Position numbers and translations under genes: made by a program. From Vitrella brassicaformis CCMP3155 (lineage: Eukaryota; Protista; Chromerida), in the NCBI GenBank assembly GCA_001179505.1, contig CDMY01000480.1:4411-68410 (forward strand): DNA of 64,000 nt, read 5' to 3'. Of this stretch, positions 36,417 through 49,930 are shown in pieces; positions within the stretch are counted from its first letter, which is position 1, and each line of letters begins with the position of its first letter. Under the pieces are notes generated by a model. The model saw only the letters and a list, made by a program, of their open reading frames with translations, had not been told where the DNA came from and searched no databases.

Positions 36417-37018
36417 CGCCTGCCTTCCTGCCTGGCGTGTGTGGGTGTGGCGGGCGGGCGGGTGGGTTGCTGTGCTGTCTGTTGGGTACTCCATTGTCAT
36501 GAATCACTCCATGGCCATGACAGTGAGTGAGGCGTGTCGCTCGCTGCGTTGAGTGGCCATGGAGCGGAGGGCAGACAGCACACAACACACACACAACACA
36601 CATGGCCGGCCACACGGAGGAAGGAGCTGCGCGCTGTTTGCGTTTATATCCATTCACTTTGAATGCTAATTTATAAGATCCCTGGTTCGTTCATTCACAA
36701 TCTTGTCCAATGGATGGATGTGTGGACTGGACAGACATGTGTGTGTAGATGCATGTGTGTGTCGGGTGAGCGACTTGTAACAGACATGCCGTCGAATGCA
36801 CTCATTCCCACACATGAAATTTGAAGGGCATTGAGTCGAAAGCATCCCACCCACTCACTCCCATCGTCCCTCCCGTACCATCCATATGCACAACGGACAA
36901 AGACGCCGCCAGCCAAGACAGCCCCACACAGCACAAGCCCCACCGCGATTGTCCCTTCCTTCGGCCATGCAGTCATTCATCAACACGCATACAGCGTCAT
37001 CCATCAATCCATCAAGCG

Positions 37019-38933
37019 TCAGGTGGGCGGCAGTCTGTATGCGGCGCTGCCGCTGCCCAGTCCGATCATGTTGATGCACTCGTTGACAATGCGACACCGC
37101 TCCTCTTCGGACTGACGGGCGGCCTCACACGCCGTCTTGACGCCTGACAGGGCCTTCTCGGCACGATGCCGCATCTCCAATTCGCGAGCCTCAGCCTGCA
37201 TGCATGCAGACGCATGTCGGACGGAAGGATGGGTGGATGGATGGATGGATGAAAGGACCTCTACCAGGTTTTGAGCGTCTTTGACCTGCCGCTCCTTCTG
37301 CCGCACCTCCTCACGCAGTTTGGCGCACTCCAAACCCAAACTCTGTCAACACAGACAGACAGACAGACAGACACGGAGGCACGGGTGTGTGTGTGTGTCT
37401 GTGTCGTCACTCTCCGCTCCTTCAGCCACACACAGGTGAGGTGCCGTGCCACACACTCTACTGACTGGCCCGGCCGCTCTCTGTGCGTCCGTAGGCACCC
37501 ACCTGCATTTCGGTTTTGAGCCTGTCAACCTGCTGCTGGTGGGTGTTGTAGACCTCCTCACGCTGAGCCAACGTCGACTCGGCGCTCTATACGATAGATA
37601 CATACACACACATGCGATGCGTGGGCCGCTGCGGCTCGGTGGGGGCACGGTACCTTACCTTGGCTTTCTCTTCAGCAGTGGCGAGGTCTAGTTGCAGGTC
37701 GTTGTTGGCCTTCTGTAGTGCCGCCAGCCGCTGGCAGAGCTCCGTCTCTTTGTCAGCCCGCTCACGCAGCCTCTTCTCATACTTGCTCTGCATCTCGGAT
37801 GCCTGATGCAACCAACACAGTACACACACACGTCGTCTCGCCATCCCATCTGTGGGGTGTTCCGTCGATCGTTTCTTTCACGGACCACTTCATCCCTCCG
37901 TTCCTTCTCGTCCTTGGCGTGACGCAGCTCAGACTCCAATGAACGGATCTACACACACCACACCACACCACACCACACCGCACAGACCCGCATCGACGTG
38001 CATTCAATTCATGTCATGTGTGTTTGTTTGTGAGTGGTGCCATCTCACCTCGCCCTCGAGTGTGTCGACCCTCCTCTGGGCCTGGTCGTATGCCTCGCGC
38101 ATCTTGCGCTTGCCCTTGTCGGCCTCGTCCACCCTCATCTGCATCTCGTCCTTGAGACGCTTGCCGTCCTCCTCGGCGAAGTGCAGCTGCCGAAGAGCGT
38201 CGCTGCAACGCAACTCGCTGTCCTGCACACCACACCACACCACACACGCCACCAAACACCAACACCCGCACCAATGCATTGGAACTTTTGTGTGGGCTGC
38301 TGGCGAGGTGACATACACACATACCTGTCTGTCTTTTGTGAGCTGGTCCGTCTGTGTGAGCAGCTCCCTCTCAGAACGGTCGGCACGCTCCTGACACACA
38401 GACAGAGGGTGAAGAGTGCAGTCAATGATGAGAGTACACACGTGCCATCCGTCCGTCTGTGTCGAATCCACCCACCTACCTGTTGCCTGCATTTCTCCTG
38501 GTGGAGGGCCTTATGTTTGTCCTGCAACTCAGCATGGGCACGCTGAACGAACGGCCGCAACACACACACAGTGGAAGGAATGCGCCCGCATGGTGGCTCA
38601 GCCACCCACCTGCAGCTCTTCGAATCTTCTCTTGAGCGTGTCATGCTCTGTCGTCATCTGCTGCCACCTGTCCGAACTCGCCTGACATAATGAATCAAGG
38701 CACGTACAGCACAGACGCACGCAGGCGTACAGACAGACCAGCCAGCGAACGTGCGCTTCTGCATTCTTACGCACTCTTACTTACCGCAGCATGCTCCAGC
38801 TGCCCTCTCAGCTCATTGGCCTCGGCCGCCTTCTCGGCGGCCTTTTTCTGCGCCTCCTCCAGCTGCTGCGTCGCCACACTCAGCTGCAAGTACACACACA
38901 CACACACATATGGATTCTGTATCGTGGGCCTCT

Positions 38934-38966
<33 letters not shown>

Positions 38967-40240
38967 GTTCTCACTCACCTCTGCCCTGAGAGTGTCGACT
39001 TCCTTTTCCTGTGTGTCTCGCGCCTCCGCCCGTTTGGCCTCTGCCGCTAGGGCGGCCTTCCGGTCCTCGAGGTCACGACGAGTGGCGAACAACTTGCACT
39101 GAACGATCGCACGAGCAGGCTCTGTCGATATTTGTCATAGCAATGTGTGTACCTCCATTTCCTCGAGCTGGCACTGCAGCGACTTCTGTACGTTTCTGCA
39201 GAGGTTGTCCTGGCGGATGGCCTCGCAGGGCTGCAGCGCACACCCCCGCCGCCGAGGGCTGCACGGCAGACCCTTGTTCCGACGCAAACACGCCTGACAT
39301 CCACACACACACACACACACACACAGTAGCAACGGCCGTCCGTGTAAAGGTGTGTTGTTGGGTGAGTGGGACTCACTTCGACGGCCGAGAGCGTTTCATA
39401 TCCGACTGCGTTGCCGGTGAGGTTGAGTTGGGTTATGACGCCGTTGTCCTGCAGGACATTTAGGATGGTCAGCCCGCCCTCAAGACCAAACTCGTTGTGG
39501 GCGACGTCGACACTCTCCAACGTTCTGACATACACAGACAGACAGGAAGGCAGAGAGAATGAGATTCGATTCTTCAAGCGTCACGACCCACCCTCTCGCC
39601 AGCCACACACCTGTTGCCCTTGATCATCTCAGCGATAGCTGAAGCCCCGCATGGGCCGACCTGGCACTCACGCAGACTGAAGCAAGCAAGCAGTAGCAAG
39701 AGGCAAGGGAATACGGTCACCGACCAGGCCATGAGGTAGGATAAGGACTGGTTTGCCTTGCCTGAGAGTCTTGATCGACGGGTGTGCTGCAACAACCTGG
39801 CAGAGGTGGCGGAGACCAGAGGAGTCCCTGAACGAGACCAGGGGCACCCAGATGCCCCAAAGGCAGGCAGGCAGGCAGGCAATATGTGTGTCTGATGGAT
39901 CACTCTCGCTCACCGAACAGGGTTCCACTCGAGCGATAGCGACCTGAGGGCACTCTGGCTGGCGAGGGCCTTGGCGATGCTGTCCACACCGCTAGATGTA
40001 ATATTGTTCGCCTGACAGCAACACAAAACGCACGGCGGCCAGCACGTCAGTAATAGCCTGACTGAGTTTGCCATGTACGTGTGTACTCACCTGCAGTTCG
40101 ATGGTCGTGAATTTGTTCTTGTGTTGCTCGAGGAAAGCGGCGATGGCGGCGCATCCCTTGTCGCCGAAGAACTTGTTGTTGAGGCTCAGCTGCTCACAGC
40201 CGCCCAGTGACGCCAAGTAGTCGGCCAGGAACTTATCCAT
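37019..40240 (-). CDS. LRRC45-like protein (RNI-like LRRs plus long coiled coil; centriole/basal body)
   Basis: MDKFLADYLASLGGCEQLSLNNKFFGDKGCAAIAAFL..., SLELEWNP, LSLRECQVGPCGASAIAEMIKGN, VDVAHNEFGLEGGLTILNVLQDNGVITQLNLTGNAVGYETLSAVE follow the LRRC45 LRR order. About 10 coiled-coil exons follow. Confidence 0.72.
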
Positions 40241-40872
40241 CTTTCTGGATCAATTGGCTGCCGATGATGGATAGGGCCAACGCAACGCGGTCAACGTCAA
40301 AGCTACCTGAAGCAGTCCATTGACACGGACAGACACAGCGGCCACACAATTCAGAGCGTGCGATACATGTTGCGCGCATGCGGCTGTCTGTGAGATGACT
40401 CGGCTGTCGTCTTTCCAGTATTTTGGATGTGCAATAGACGTGGTCCCTCAGCCCTGCTCACACCTCGGAGAGCCACTAAGAGAGAGCGGCGCACAAAGGG
40501 CCACTTCAGCCAGTTTCGCTTTGGATTACGCAGAGAGCGGATGCCGCACACGACAATGCATGCATCAACCACCTTTGGTGGCGACTTGCATCAGAATGGG
40601 TTTGCGAGCTCCAAGCTCGCCCTTCCCATTTGTTGCCCGAGTCGACAAAAAAGCCTTTGAGGAGCAGTGGAAGGTCGTGCTCAGTCAAGGAGAAAGCATT
40701 GTGCTGAGCTCAACGTCCCTGAGTTCCAGAAACGGCTCAAGAGCAGCTCCCATAGAGAAGCAGCAGTTGGCTGTCCGCCCCCTGCCGCCCGTCGTCCAAG
40801 GGAGGATCAGTCAGGAGGCCTGCCTACCTGCCTGCAGCAATCAGTGCCTGAGAGTAGGCGTGAGAGTCGAGA

Positions 40873-41398
40873 ATGGCGGTCGGCGTGCTGCTGACCGGCA
40901 CGATTGTCTTTGCGGCTCTCGGAGTGGCAGCGTGCGTCATCTTTCCCTTCTGCACCGCCTACGAGACGGAGAACATCACCAAAGGGGAATCCATACAGTG
41001 AGCCACGCACAGACCGCACTGCTTGCCTTGCACTGGAGTGCCAGAAAGGCTGACTGGTTGGACTGAGAGGAATGAAGCCTAGACTGGTGTGGTGCATGCC
41101 ATGCACTGCATGCCATGTGGTATTGTGTCTGTGTGCGTGTGTGTGTGTGTCCAGATTGACCATCGTATGCATCTCAGTAGCGACGGTCTGCCTCTGGGGA
41201 TTGTAAGCCGCCATGAGAAAAGCAACTCACAGACGCACGAATCGTCGTTCTCTCCCTCCCATTCATTCTGTTCGGTTGATGTGATGCCTCTGTCTGTGTG
41301 TGTCTTCTCCCTCCCTCCCTCCCTCCCATGTCAGTTGGATATCGATGTACATGCACCAGATGAACCCGATGATCCTGCCGGAGAGGGCGGTGCACTGA
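40873..41398 (+). CDS. ATP6V0E: V-type ATPase V0 subunit e (78 aa); not in the ORF track
   Basis: Exons 40873-40997, 41155-41202 and 41335-41398 give MAVGVLLTGTIVFAALGVAACVIFPFCTAYETENITKGESIQLTIVCISVATVCLWGFWISMYMHQMNPMILPERAVH*. It has two TM helices and the W..YMHQMNP..P signature. Confidence 0.87.
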
Positions 41399-42838
41399 CG
41401 GACGGACCCACCAAGACAACACACACAACACAACAGCACAGAGCAGATACGAGAAGACCCCGAGAAGGAGGCATGACGTACGTGGCTTGGCGTGCGTGGC
41501 TGTCTGCCGGACGGACGGACGGACCGAATGGATGAGTGAGTTGACTGCATGAGATGAGATCGGACCATGCATGAGACTCACTGACTAACCCGCTCGCCCG
41601 CTCGACAGTCAAGAGAAGGCTTTTTCGGTCGGTGCCACCAAGTAGGTCCCGAGCAGCACTCACTGCTTGTATGGATATGTGTGTGAGAATGTATGTGTGT
41701 GGGTATATTCGATGACAATCTGGCCGACGTTTGTGTAAGCTGCCTATACGTGTGTGTATGTGTGTAGAGCAGCCACCGGCTCGCCCATTCCCATTGAGTG
41801 CATTGATCGACACACCATGCACGCACGCGAAACACATCATCATCCATCATATTTGTCCCAACACATACGCGAGAGCACCGGCTGAGCAGAGTCTGACCAT
41901 CAGCCAACCAACCGACCGATCATGCACACACGCCACGCACTTCGGATGCCATCGCGACGTACGTCATCGACCCACCCCATCCACACACTGAGCCGACATG
42001 CAAACAGAGAGAGAGGCTATACAGAAGACAGACAGACAGACAAGACAGCTCTTAGACAGACAAGAGATACCCACACATCCATCCACAAGACAGCAAGAAT
42101 AGCAGCAAGCAACGACAGACAGACAGACCACCATAGGGAATTAGGGTCGAGAAGCCCCCAGCTGCCCGACAGCCCTCCAGCCCCCTAGACAGACAGACAG
42201 ACCGACACAATCACACACAAGCGAAGGGGAGGGTAGGGGAGGGTGGGCCCACACACGTACACGTACAAGGCGATAGATACAAGGAGGGAGGCAGACATCG
42301 ACAACACTTTCTCACACTCACACACGAACACGCAGAGCAAGGGAAGGGAAGGGAAGTGGAGGAGTGGTCGGACAGCATTGACACTGTTGAAAAGTTGGCG
42401 CGTCTGTTGCTATCTACGGTGCTGGCTCTCTGTCCCACATGCGACGCGACATCCCAACGCTGCAAATGCATCCATGGTGGGTGGATGCCTTCGCGACGTG
42501 AAGGTGGCGTCTGTGAAACAGCAAAGCCGCCACGAGATAGCACAGCAAGGTTGGGTTGACATCCATCTCGTCAATCAAAAAGACAACAAACCAAGGAAGG
42601 AAGGAAGGCGAGAGAAAACTCGAGGAACGCAAAGCATGCACGACGGAAACAAAAAGTGCCATGTCAGCCACACTGCATTGCGTCATCACGTCGATCGACG
42701 AGGGAAGATCAGATCGACGAGGAGGCGATCTTCCCTCGGCGATCGATGTGGAGGCAACACAACACGGCCGGCTGGTAGGTATCGACGTATGTGGCTCCCT
42801 CCCTCCCTTCTAGCTTGTAGCTCACTCATGTCAGTACG

Positions 42839-44640
42839 TCAGGTGGCCTGTCCGGCGGGTAGGTTCGATTTGGAGTGTATGGGTATGATGTCGTTGGACG
42901 GCAGGAAGGGCGAGATGTTGACGTCCATCGAAAAACCATTCAGCCTGCCGTAGAGGGAAGGGGAGAGAGAGGTGTTTGCGGCGTAAAGCGGTGTGCGTGT
43001 GTGAGTGGCTGCCACGTCTCGTCTCACCTGGGTGTGATGATGAGTTGGGAGCTGATGAACTCCCGAAACTCTTCAAAGCTCAGCAACCCGTCCCTGTCAA
43101 CATCATACTGGTCGTAACTCTGACAAAGCGCACAGACAGACATACACAGACAGGGGCATACGGTATGCTTGCTTCTGCACACCAACAGTCCTCTGCCTGT
43201 CTCTAGCCGACTTACATCGCCCACAAATTGCTGCGCGCATTCCTTTGCGAGCGCCTCCAGTCCAGCCAACGCACCACCATGCTGGCCGCCGGCTCCATCG
43301 GCCGCCGTGTCGCCCATGCCCACCCCGCCATTCATGCCGGCAGTGGGTGGCTGCCTCATGGCTGACGTGGCGTTGTGTGGCGACGGCTCTGCGTCGCTTC
43401 TGCTGCGGCCATTGGCGTTGGGTGGTGGCTGGGGGGCGGTGTTCTCGACAGCCAGTAGGCAGTGGAACGCGTCGCGCCATAGCGCTAGGGTGACATCCAA
43501 CAAATCAGCCTGAACACAAGATACAGTTCTGGTTCCGTTGAGAGGGCAGGTAAATATTGATGTACAGACATACCGATGTGACGGCCGCATCAGCCCTGCA
43601 GTGGACCTCGAAACAGAGAGCCATTTTCTCATCGTGTGTACCTGCACATGTAGACAGACATTCACACCACCAGCACTGAGGAGGATACCTACCAACGACC
43701 CACTCCCCTCGATGCGTCGTGTACCATGTCTGGCTCTCTTGAGAAACGTCAAGAGGTCACTCAGAGTGACGCGCTGCGCCTCACTCAGCACCGACCGAGG
43801 CTGCCCGTCGACCACACCCGAATCACCACGTGCACCCTCGCCCGTCGGCACCCCATCGCTCTCATGGCTGTCTGTTACAGCCACGTGGTTGTTGGCCGCC
43901 ATATCGCTGTCGGCCGGCGGCTGTGGCTGTGAGTTGTCAGCAGCGGTGGGATTGGCGGCAGTGGCGGTGTTGTCCTGCCCCTGGCCGGCCTGTATCCTGT
44001 CCTCCAGCCGCTGCTGCTTGGACGGATTGCCCAGCGCATCGAAGATCCTGATCGATCAACAACACGGAATGCAGTGAGGACCTGGCACTTCGCTCCATGT
44101 GTGAGTGTGCGTGCACTGCACCTGTCCCAAAAGACGGGAGCGACCCTAAAAAACTTGGCCTCCCCCAAACGATGCATCATCGCGTGAAACTCGGGACGGC
44201 CGGCTGCACCAGTGATGCACACAGACACAGACAGACACATGTATATGATGACCACTCACAGCAGGACATGGCATCGGGCTGGGCTTGCCTGTCGGTTCAC
44301 TGTCACAGTGTTGGTCGTTTTGTTGGGGCCGCGAAAGGTCCTCCTCAGCCAGGTCAGGTCGAGATGACGACGCCATCGCACCATTCGACGCCCCGTCCCC
44401 CGCACCAGTCACCGACACAAACACCTCCCGGACGTACGCCTCGTCCTGAACACACAGACAACGACGCACAGCAGGCACACAGTGTGTCTGTGACCCCCCT
44501 TGTTGCCTCGCTGTCCTTCACGCGATCACCGATTGGTATTCGTCGTTAGTGTGAGCTTTGCTGCCTCTCTTCTTGCGCGACAGCCGTCCATCTGGCCCTC
44601 CCGGCCCTCCATTGACCAGCACAGACTGATTACAGCCCAT
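42839..44640 (-). CDS. N-acylated EF-hand protein
   Basis: Begins MGCNQSVLVNGG (myristoylation/palmitoylation consensus, ATG 44640). Canonical EF loop in YDQYDVDRDGLLSFEEF near the C-terminus. Last exon ends TGA 42839. Confidence 0.65.
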
Positions 44641-45226
44641 TCAACATCCGGTGACCAAAAAACCGCCCACCGACGCGGGAAAAAGGGGCAGCAGATGTTG
44701 ATGGGGTCACACCGCACGACACTCTGGGGAGAAAAGCGGAAAGTGTGTTTTCCAAAAGCGAGCTCGAATGGCCCTAATGCGAGCTCAAATCCCGAACCTC
44801 CCGAGGCTACGTTCTCCTGTTGTCGCGTCCGTACGGGGTCAGTATAGGGCTTCTCGCCATCCTTGCAAAGACGAACCAGCCCGTGTTGAGACTGCTGCAG
44901 CTGAGTCTCTCGCCACGGCCAGATTGATGCTCGTGCACATGGCGTCAGGGAAGGGCTGCGTGTCGCTGAGAAGGCACCCGCCAAACATCCCATCGAGCAG
45001 ATCCGCTGCAAGCGATAGGGAATGTCAACGTCGCGCGTTGTCGTATCGCAACTTGCTGAAGCCACCTGCGTCTCGTGTGTCTCGTGGGGCCGCCCACTCG
45101 AACGATGGCTGCGGGCCTTGTCGCTTTGAGAGGGCAAGCGGCCCCGCCCCGCCGAGGCGTTTCCGCCCTGCAATCGTGCCTGCTGATGGTTCTTGCAATG
45201 GCGGCTCTGTGAGTGAGCATCGCAAC

Positions 45227-48200
45227 ATGCTCGAGGACTTGCCCGAGGACATCATGTGCTCCGTCTTCGTCTACCTTGATGCACAGGACATGGACAGGTG
45301 AAGACAAACAACACACACAACAGACGGCTCCTGGCGATTCCCACCACCTTGTGCTTCGGGATTCGTTGATGTGATCAATCTGTCTGTCTGTGACGCAGGT
45401 TAGGTCGTTCGAGTTGTTTTCTATTCGATGAGGCCCGTCGGTGCAGCGAGCGGCGATTCCAGGAGCTCTTCGGGGCAATGGGCCTGCCCACCTACCTGAG
45501 GAACTCGCGATCGCACCTGTTCCGCCTGCTGCAGTTTGCACAAGGCACCGCCAACGCCCCGGCAGTACTGCAGACCATCGCATGGGCCGCAGGTGAACGC
45601 ATGAATGAATGACGGATATAAACAACATGGACGGAGCTCATCGGCTTCCCTTTCCCCTGCGTGTGTCGTCTCTCCCTCGTCTCTTCAGCCTTTGGGTATC
45701 CTCGGTACATCCGTCATTGGCTGAGCCAGTGGAGGGGAACATTCCCGTCTCGGAGGAGTACGGAGGTGCCAAACGCGCGGGCTGCCGACGGCACGCCGGC
45801 TCTCTACCTCGCCACGCAGAGCAAGAAATATGATGTACGTAGGCGCCCAGTGAGTGCATATGAAAGACAGCACAACACTGTGTCTCTTCTTTTGTTTTGC
45901 TCAGATCATGGCTCTTCTGCTCGAGGCAGGGGCGTGTCCGAATGCACCGCTGAGCAACGGCAACACATCTCTGTTTGTAGCGGCCAAGCATCTCGACCTC
46001 CAGGCGGCCGACATCCTCATGCAAGCGGGGGCCTCACCCATTGTGGTGAGCAGTAGGCCTTGCGAACGCACCTTCGCATCATTTTCACTCCGCTACGTGT
46101 TTGCAGGAGAATCGTGTCCGCCAATCGGTGTTCATGGCTGTCATCCAAGTTGCCCGAGAGGCCCCCAACCCCGACACAGTGCACAGTGCTGTCGCATTCA
46201 TACGAATAATTGCAAGGGTGGGTCGGTCGATAGATGAGCACACACACGTCTCTGGCCGCTGTGTATTCTGCTCGTCTGTTCAGGGACTTGACACGGCATC
46301 CAAATCAAGCCGGTCAGCCCTGAAGGCCCTCCTGGCTGCCTGTGAGGCAAGGCTGCCCGCGATCGTCGAAACTCTCCTTGACGCAGGCGTCGGCATGCCC
46401 GCATCGCAACAGAGACACACCGCAGCACATTCAGCCCGCTCCCGGCCGCAGAGTGCCCACGCCGGCAGCGTGGCCGCAACGCAGCGCAGAATATCCCTCA
46501 GGAATGGCGGCAACGATCCTGTGGACATGCTTTTGGGGATGACGCTGCCTGATCCGAGCTGGGTGGACCGGTTTGAGACCAGCATGAGCATGTCTCCCAC
46601 GGCAACGCCAGCGTCACCGTCAGCGCGCCCGTTGAGCGCTGCGGGGAGTGTTGTGGGCGGCAGCGGGGGAGATGGTGACCAGCTGCCGTGTCCACTCCTG
46701 GTTGCCTGCCAGAATGGAAACCGGGAAATCGTGCAGGCAGGCATAAATGGACCCTGACCACACAACCAGTCGCCATGTACGGATGTTTGTTGGTTGATCA
46801 GCTGTTGCTCGAGAAAGGCGGGGCCCAGGCTGATGTTAACTCAACGCTCGCCTCTGGCAAGACGCCACTGTACATCGCTGCTGAGATGGGCGATGATAAG
46901 ATGATTGCTATGGTGAGTGAGACGTGGATAGGGTGGTGTCACATATCCATCATGAATCCTTCGTGGCAGCTTTTGATCCATGGAGCGAAGCTGTCCAGCA
47001 CCACCTGTACGGGCCGCTCAGCGCTGTTCGCAGCCGTGCAGGTCGGCAAGGATGTCTCATGCTCGTCACACCGGCAGTTGGTCGTATAGGGATTGATGCC
47101 TTGTTCTTGTCCAGGGCGGCCACGAGAAAGCGGTCAAGAGTTTGCTGAAGTTTGCTGACGTACCTGACATCATCAGGTAAATTCCTCCGCTGTGTGATCT
47201 CCTTTGCCTACACCCCGCTTTGTCGCTGTGTCAATGCAGGCCGACGCCCAATGGGGATTCTCCGTTTTCTCTGGCCGAAAGGCGCGGCAAGGCCCCCATG
47301 CTGGTGGACATGCTCGACTGTTACCTGCGGCAGATCCGCAAGCGCGCCCAGCTCCGGGACATGGGCCTCAGCGATGACGAGTGCCCTGAGGTGTTCGACG
47401 CCTATCTTACTGCATTGTGCCTCAAAATGGGGGTGAGCGAATCTCGGCACGAATTCATATATGACATATCGGTGGAAGGCCAATGCCGACATTCTGTATC
47501 TGAATGTCAGCTGATTGGTCGTTCGAAGGCCAAGGATCTGATGCAGGGGCGGCATCGCGGTGTCTCACGCTCACCCTGCGCCGCAGCCAAGCGAGCCCAG
47601 ACTCCATTCCGCGTCTCCCAGTCGCCCATCAGCGCGCGAGCTGGCGACCCCTCCGCACCCCCACTATGGATGACACCAGAGGAAGAGGAACGATGGAGGC
47701 AGTTCACGCCGCCAGTCGACATGAGAGGCTTTCGGCCTTCACAAACACGGCCACGCAGCTTCCACATTCGCGCACAGCCGAAGGCATATCACACGGACGT
47801 GGAGCCACAACAAGAAAAGGCCATCCCTGTCGACCAGTCGGCTCCGCTTTCGGGTGGTGGTAGAGGCGCCTCTGGAACTGAGGGGGCGGCCGAGAACAAG
47901 ACGGACTGTGTCTCAAGAAACCCTGAGCCCTTCTCGTCCCTCAACGCTTTTCAAGAGAGAAAGGGGACGTCGCCAACAATCCAGCGGTGGAAGGAGGGCG
48001 GCGCAACTCTTATGGCTGACGACCACAAGGAAGACACCGCTGACGATGGGTTTGAGTACAAGCCGAAAAGGGAGCTCAAATGGCAGAGCGCCTCATCTGC
48101 GAAGATCAAGTCTCGGGAGCTATTGCAAAGTATCCAGCAAACCTACGAAGGACAGCTTGGCGGGGCTTCGGAAGCAGAAGGAAAACAAGCAATCAACAAG

Positions 48201-48482
48201 CCCGAAAGAACAGATGACGTCTTCGCCAAGTCCCCACCGCCACCAAGAAGCTCTCCAGCGACCCCTCTGACGTCCGATCTGCCAGCTCCTGGCTGGATCG
48301 AGCATAAGAACAGGAGAAGTATGGTGTCAGCCCCCGTGGAAGAGAAGAAAGATTTCTTACGCTGCCGTCAAGGTAGCGGAGGCAGCATGGGAGGAGACAT
48401 GACTTTGCTGGAGCGGCCAAGGCCCTCCGGCCACCCGACGCTGCCGAGCGAGTTCCTGCTGTCAGAGCTGAATTGCGCATGA
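45227..48482 (+). CDS. F-box plus ankyrin-repeat protein with a long disordered C-terminal tail
   Basis: N-terminal MLEDLPEDIMCSVFVYLDAQDMDR (F-box). Ankyrin repeats include DGTPALYLATQS, NGNTSLFVAAKH, LPCPLLVACQNGNREIV, SGKTPLYIAAEMGDDKMI, TGRSALFAAV and NGDSPFSLAE. Confidence 0.8.
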
Positions 48483-48857
48483 TATGTATGTCTTTGTGTG
48501 CTTTCGGACATGTGTGCGTATGCTCGTATGTTCGTTTTTCTCTAAGTCGTGATCGCATCGCGACATGCTGTCAGTCTCATGGGCTCACGGAGCGTGTCCA
48601 CAATAGTGAGTGAATGGTTTGCGTCATTCCTTTTGGCTGGCTACGTCTTACAAGCTGACATTCTTGAGTGTCCAATCAGTTGAAGCGATGTGTGTGTCTC
48701 GCCCTCCGTCTTCCTACAACCATCTGTGCATGGTGGCTACCCAGCTCCTTCAAGAAGGAAGAAGCCGTGTAGAGTGCTGTCAGTATATCTACAAACACAG
48801 AAAAATGCTGACAGCCCACCTATATCAAGCACATTGACAAAGTTTCGACCATCCTAC

Positions 48858-49808
48858 CTACACGACCTTATCGTCTTGCATCACCACATGACTTGGCCAC
48901 CTCCCCCGACCCGCCACCCCGTCACTGAGTCTTTGTCTCCATGGGAAGGCCGCAGTTGCCATCCGCCGAAGGACACCCCGCCAGGCTGAGCCGTCGGCAG
49001 CCATCCTGTGTCTCGTTGGCTTGTCAGCGGGATGCGTCAGTGGCATCGAGTTGAGCTTGATCAGTTGCGGGGGGGGCTTGTCCAAGCATAAAAAGTCCAC
49101 AATATCCTTGACGGGAGGCCTCTCGTCCCTCCTTATGCCGCTCTTGGCCTCGCCGTAGGGGCCGGCCGTGTGTGAGCGGTGTCTGTCGTCATCGTCCACT
49201 ATGCTGTGTCCCGACTGCTGATACATGTAGTGGCACGGCGGTGTCATGGTGGCCTTGTCGACGTAGATAGGCCGATGGTCGGTCGGCGAAGGCTCATGGA
49301 TGGAGTCACGTGTTGAGGCGGGGGAAAAGAACGCCGCTTTTCTTTCCTTCCAGTCGGACACGTCCTGTGTCAGTAGCTTCTGTTTCTCCATAGCTTCCTG
49401 GTGCCTCTCACGCTCCATGACTTGCTGTTTGTTCAGCTTGGAGGGGCCAGCGAGCATTTTAAGGGCGATCGTCTCGACCTTTGCCTTCCGCTGTCCTTCC
49501 GCTCGACTCATCGTGCCGTCGGTGGTTTCGCTCCTCCTCTCTTGCCAACTGACTTGTGATCTCTTTCTCTCTTCCTCTTTTTCGCGAACATCAAGATCAT
49601 GCCCCACCAGGGATCCGCCCGCTACTGCTGCTGCTCTCTCACATGGCTGACCGCCTGCCTGTTTGGGTACGTCAATGAATCCATAGGGATGTTTGGACGA
49701 GGGGTGTCGTGAACCTCCGGCCGATCTTGCGCGGTTCAATATGTCGGTTTCGTGCGTGGATCTATTGCAGGTGGCCGAGCCCTTCCGGCCCTGAGCATCA
49801 AGCGCCAC
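48858..49808 (-). CDS. Hypothetical protein (single long ORF; start uncertain)
   Basis: 316-codon ORF with a charged helical segment (KQQVMERERHQEAMEKQKLL) and no microsatellites inside. No motif recognised. Confidence 0.4.
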   Translation of the reverse strand: MALDAQGRKGSATCNRSTHETDILNRARSAGGSRHPSSKHPYGFIDVPKQAGGQPCERAAAVAGGSLVGHDLDVREKEEERKRSQVSWQERRSETTDGTMSRAEGQRKAKVETIALKMLAGPSKLNKQQVMERERHQEAMEKQKLLTQDVSDWKERKAAFFSPASTRDSIHEPSPTDHRPIYVDKATMTPPCHYMYQQSGHSIVDDDDRHRSHTAGPYGEAKSGIRRDERPPVKDIVDFLCLDKPPPQLIKLNSMPLTHPADKPTRHRMAADGSAWRGVLRRMATAAFPWRQRLSDGVAGRGRWPSHVVMQDDKVV

Positions 49809-49930
49809 CTACGCATCGCAGGGATGACCCTGAAGGGCAAGAATCGACCGGCCGAGTGAGCCCCATCGCAGAAAATGGGATTGCTACTTTTTCATCCGTC
49901 TGTTTTCTCTCTCAGGCCGCTCGTGGTGTG

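Noticed and set aside
41400-42838. About 1.4 kb with several 60-230 aa ORFs between convergent genes
   Set aside because: It is repeat-rich with no coherent splice chain or motif, most likely 3' UTRs and intergenic DNA.
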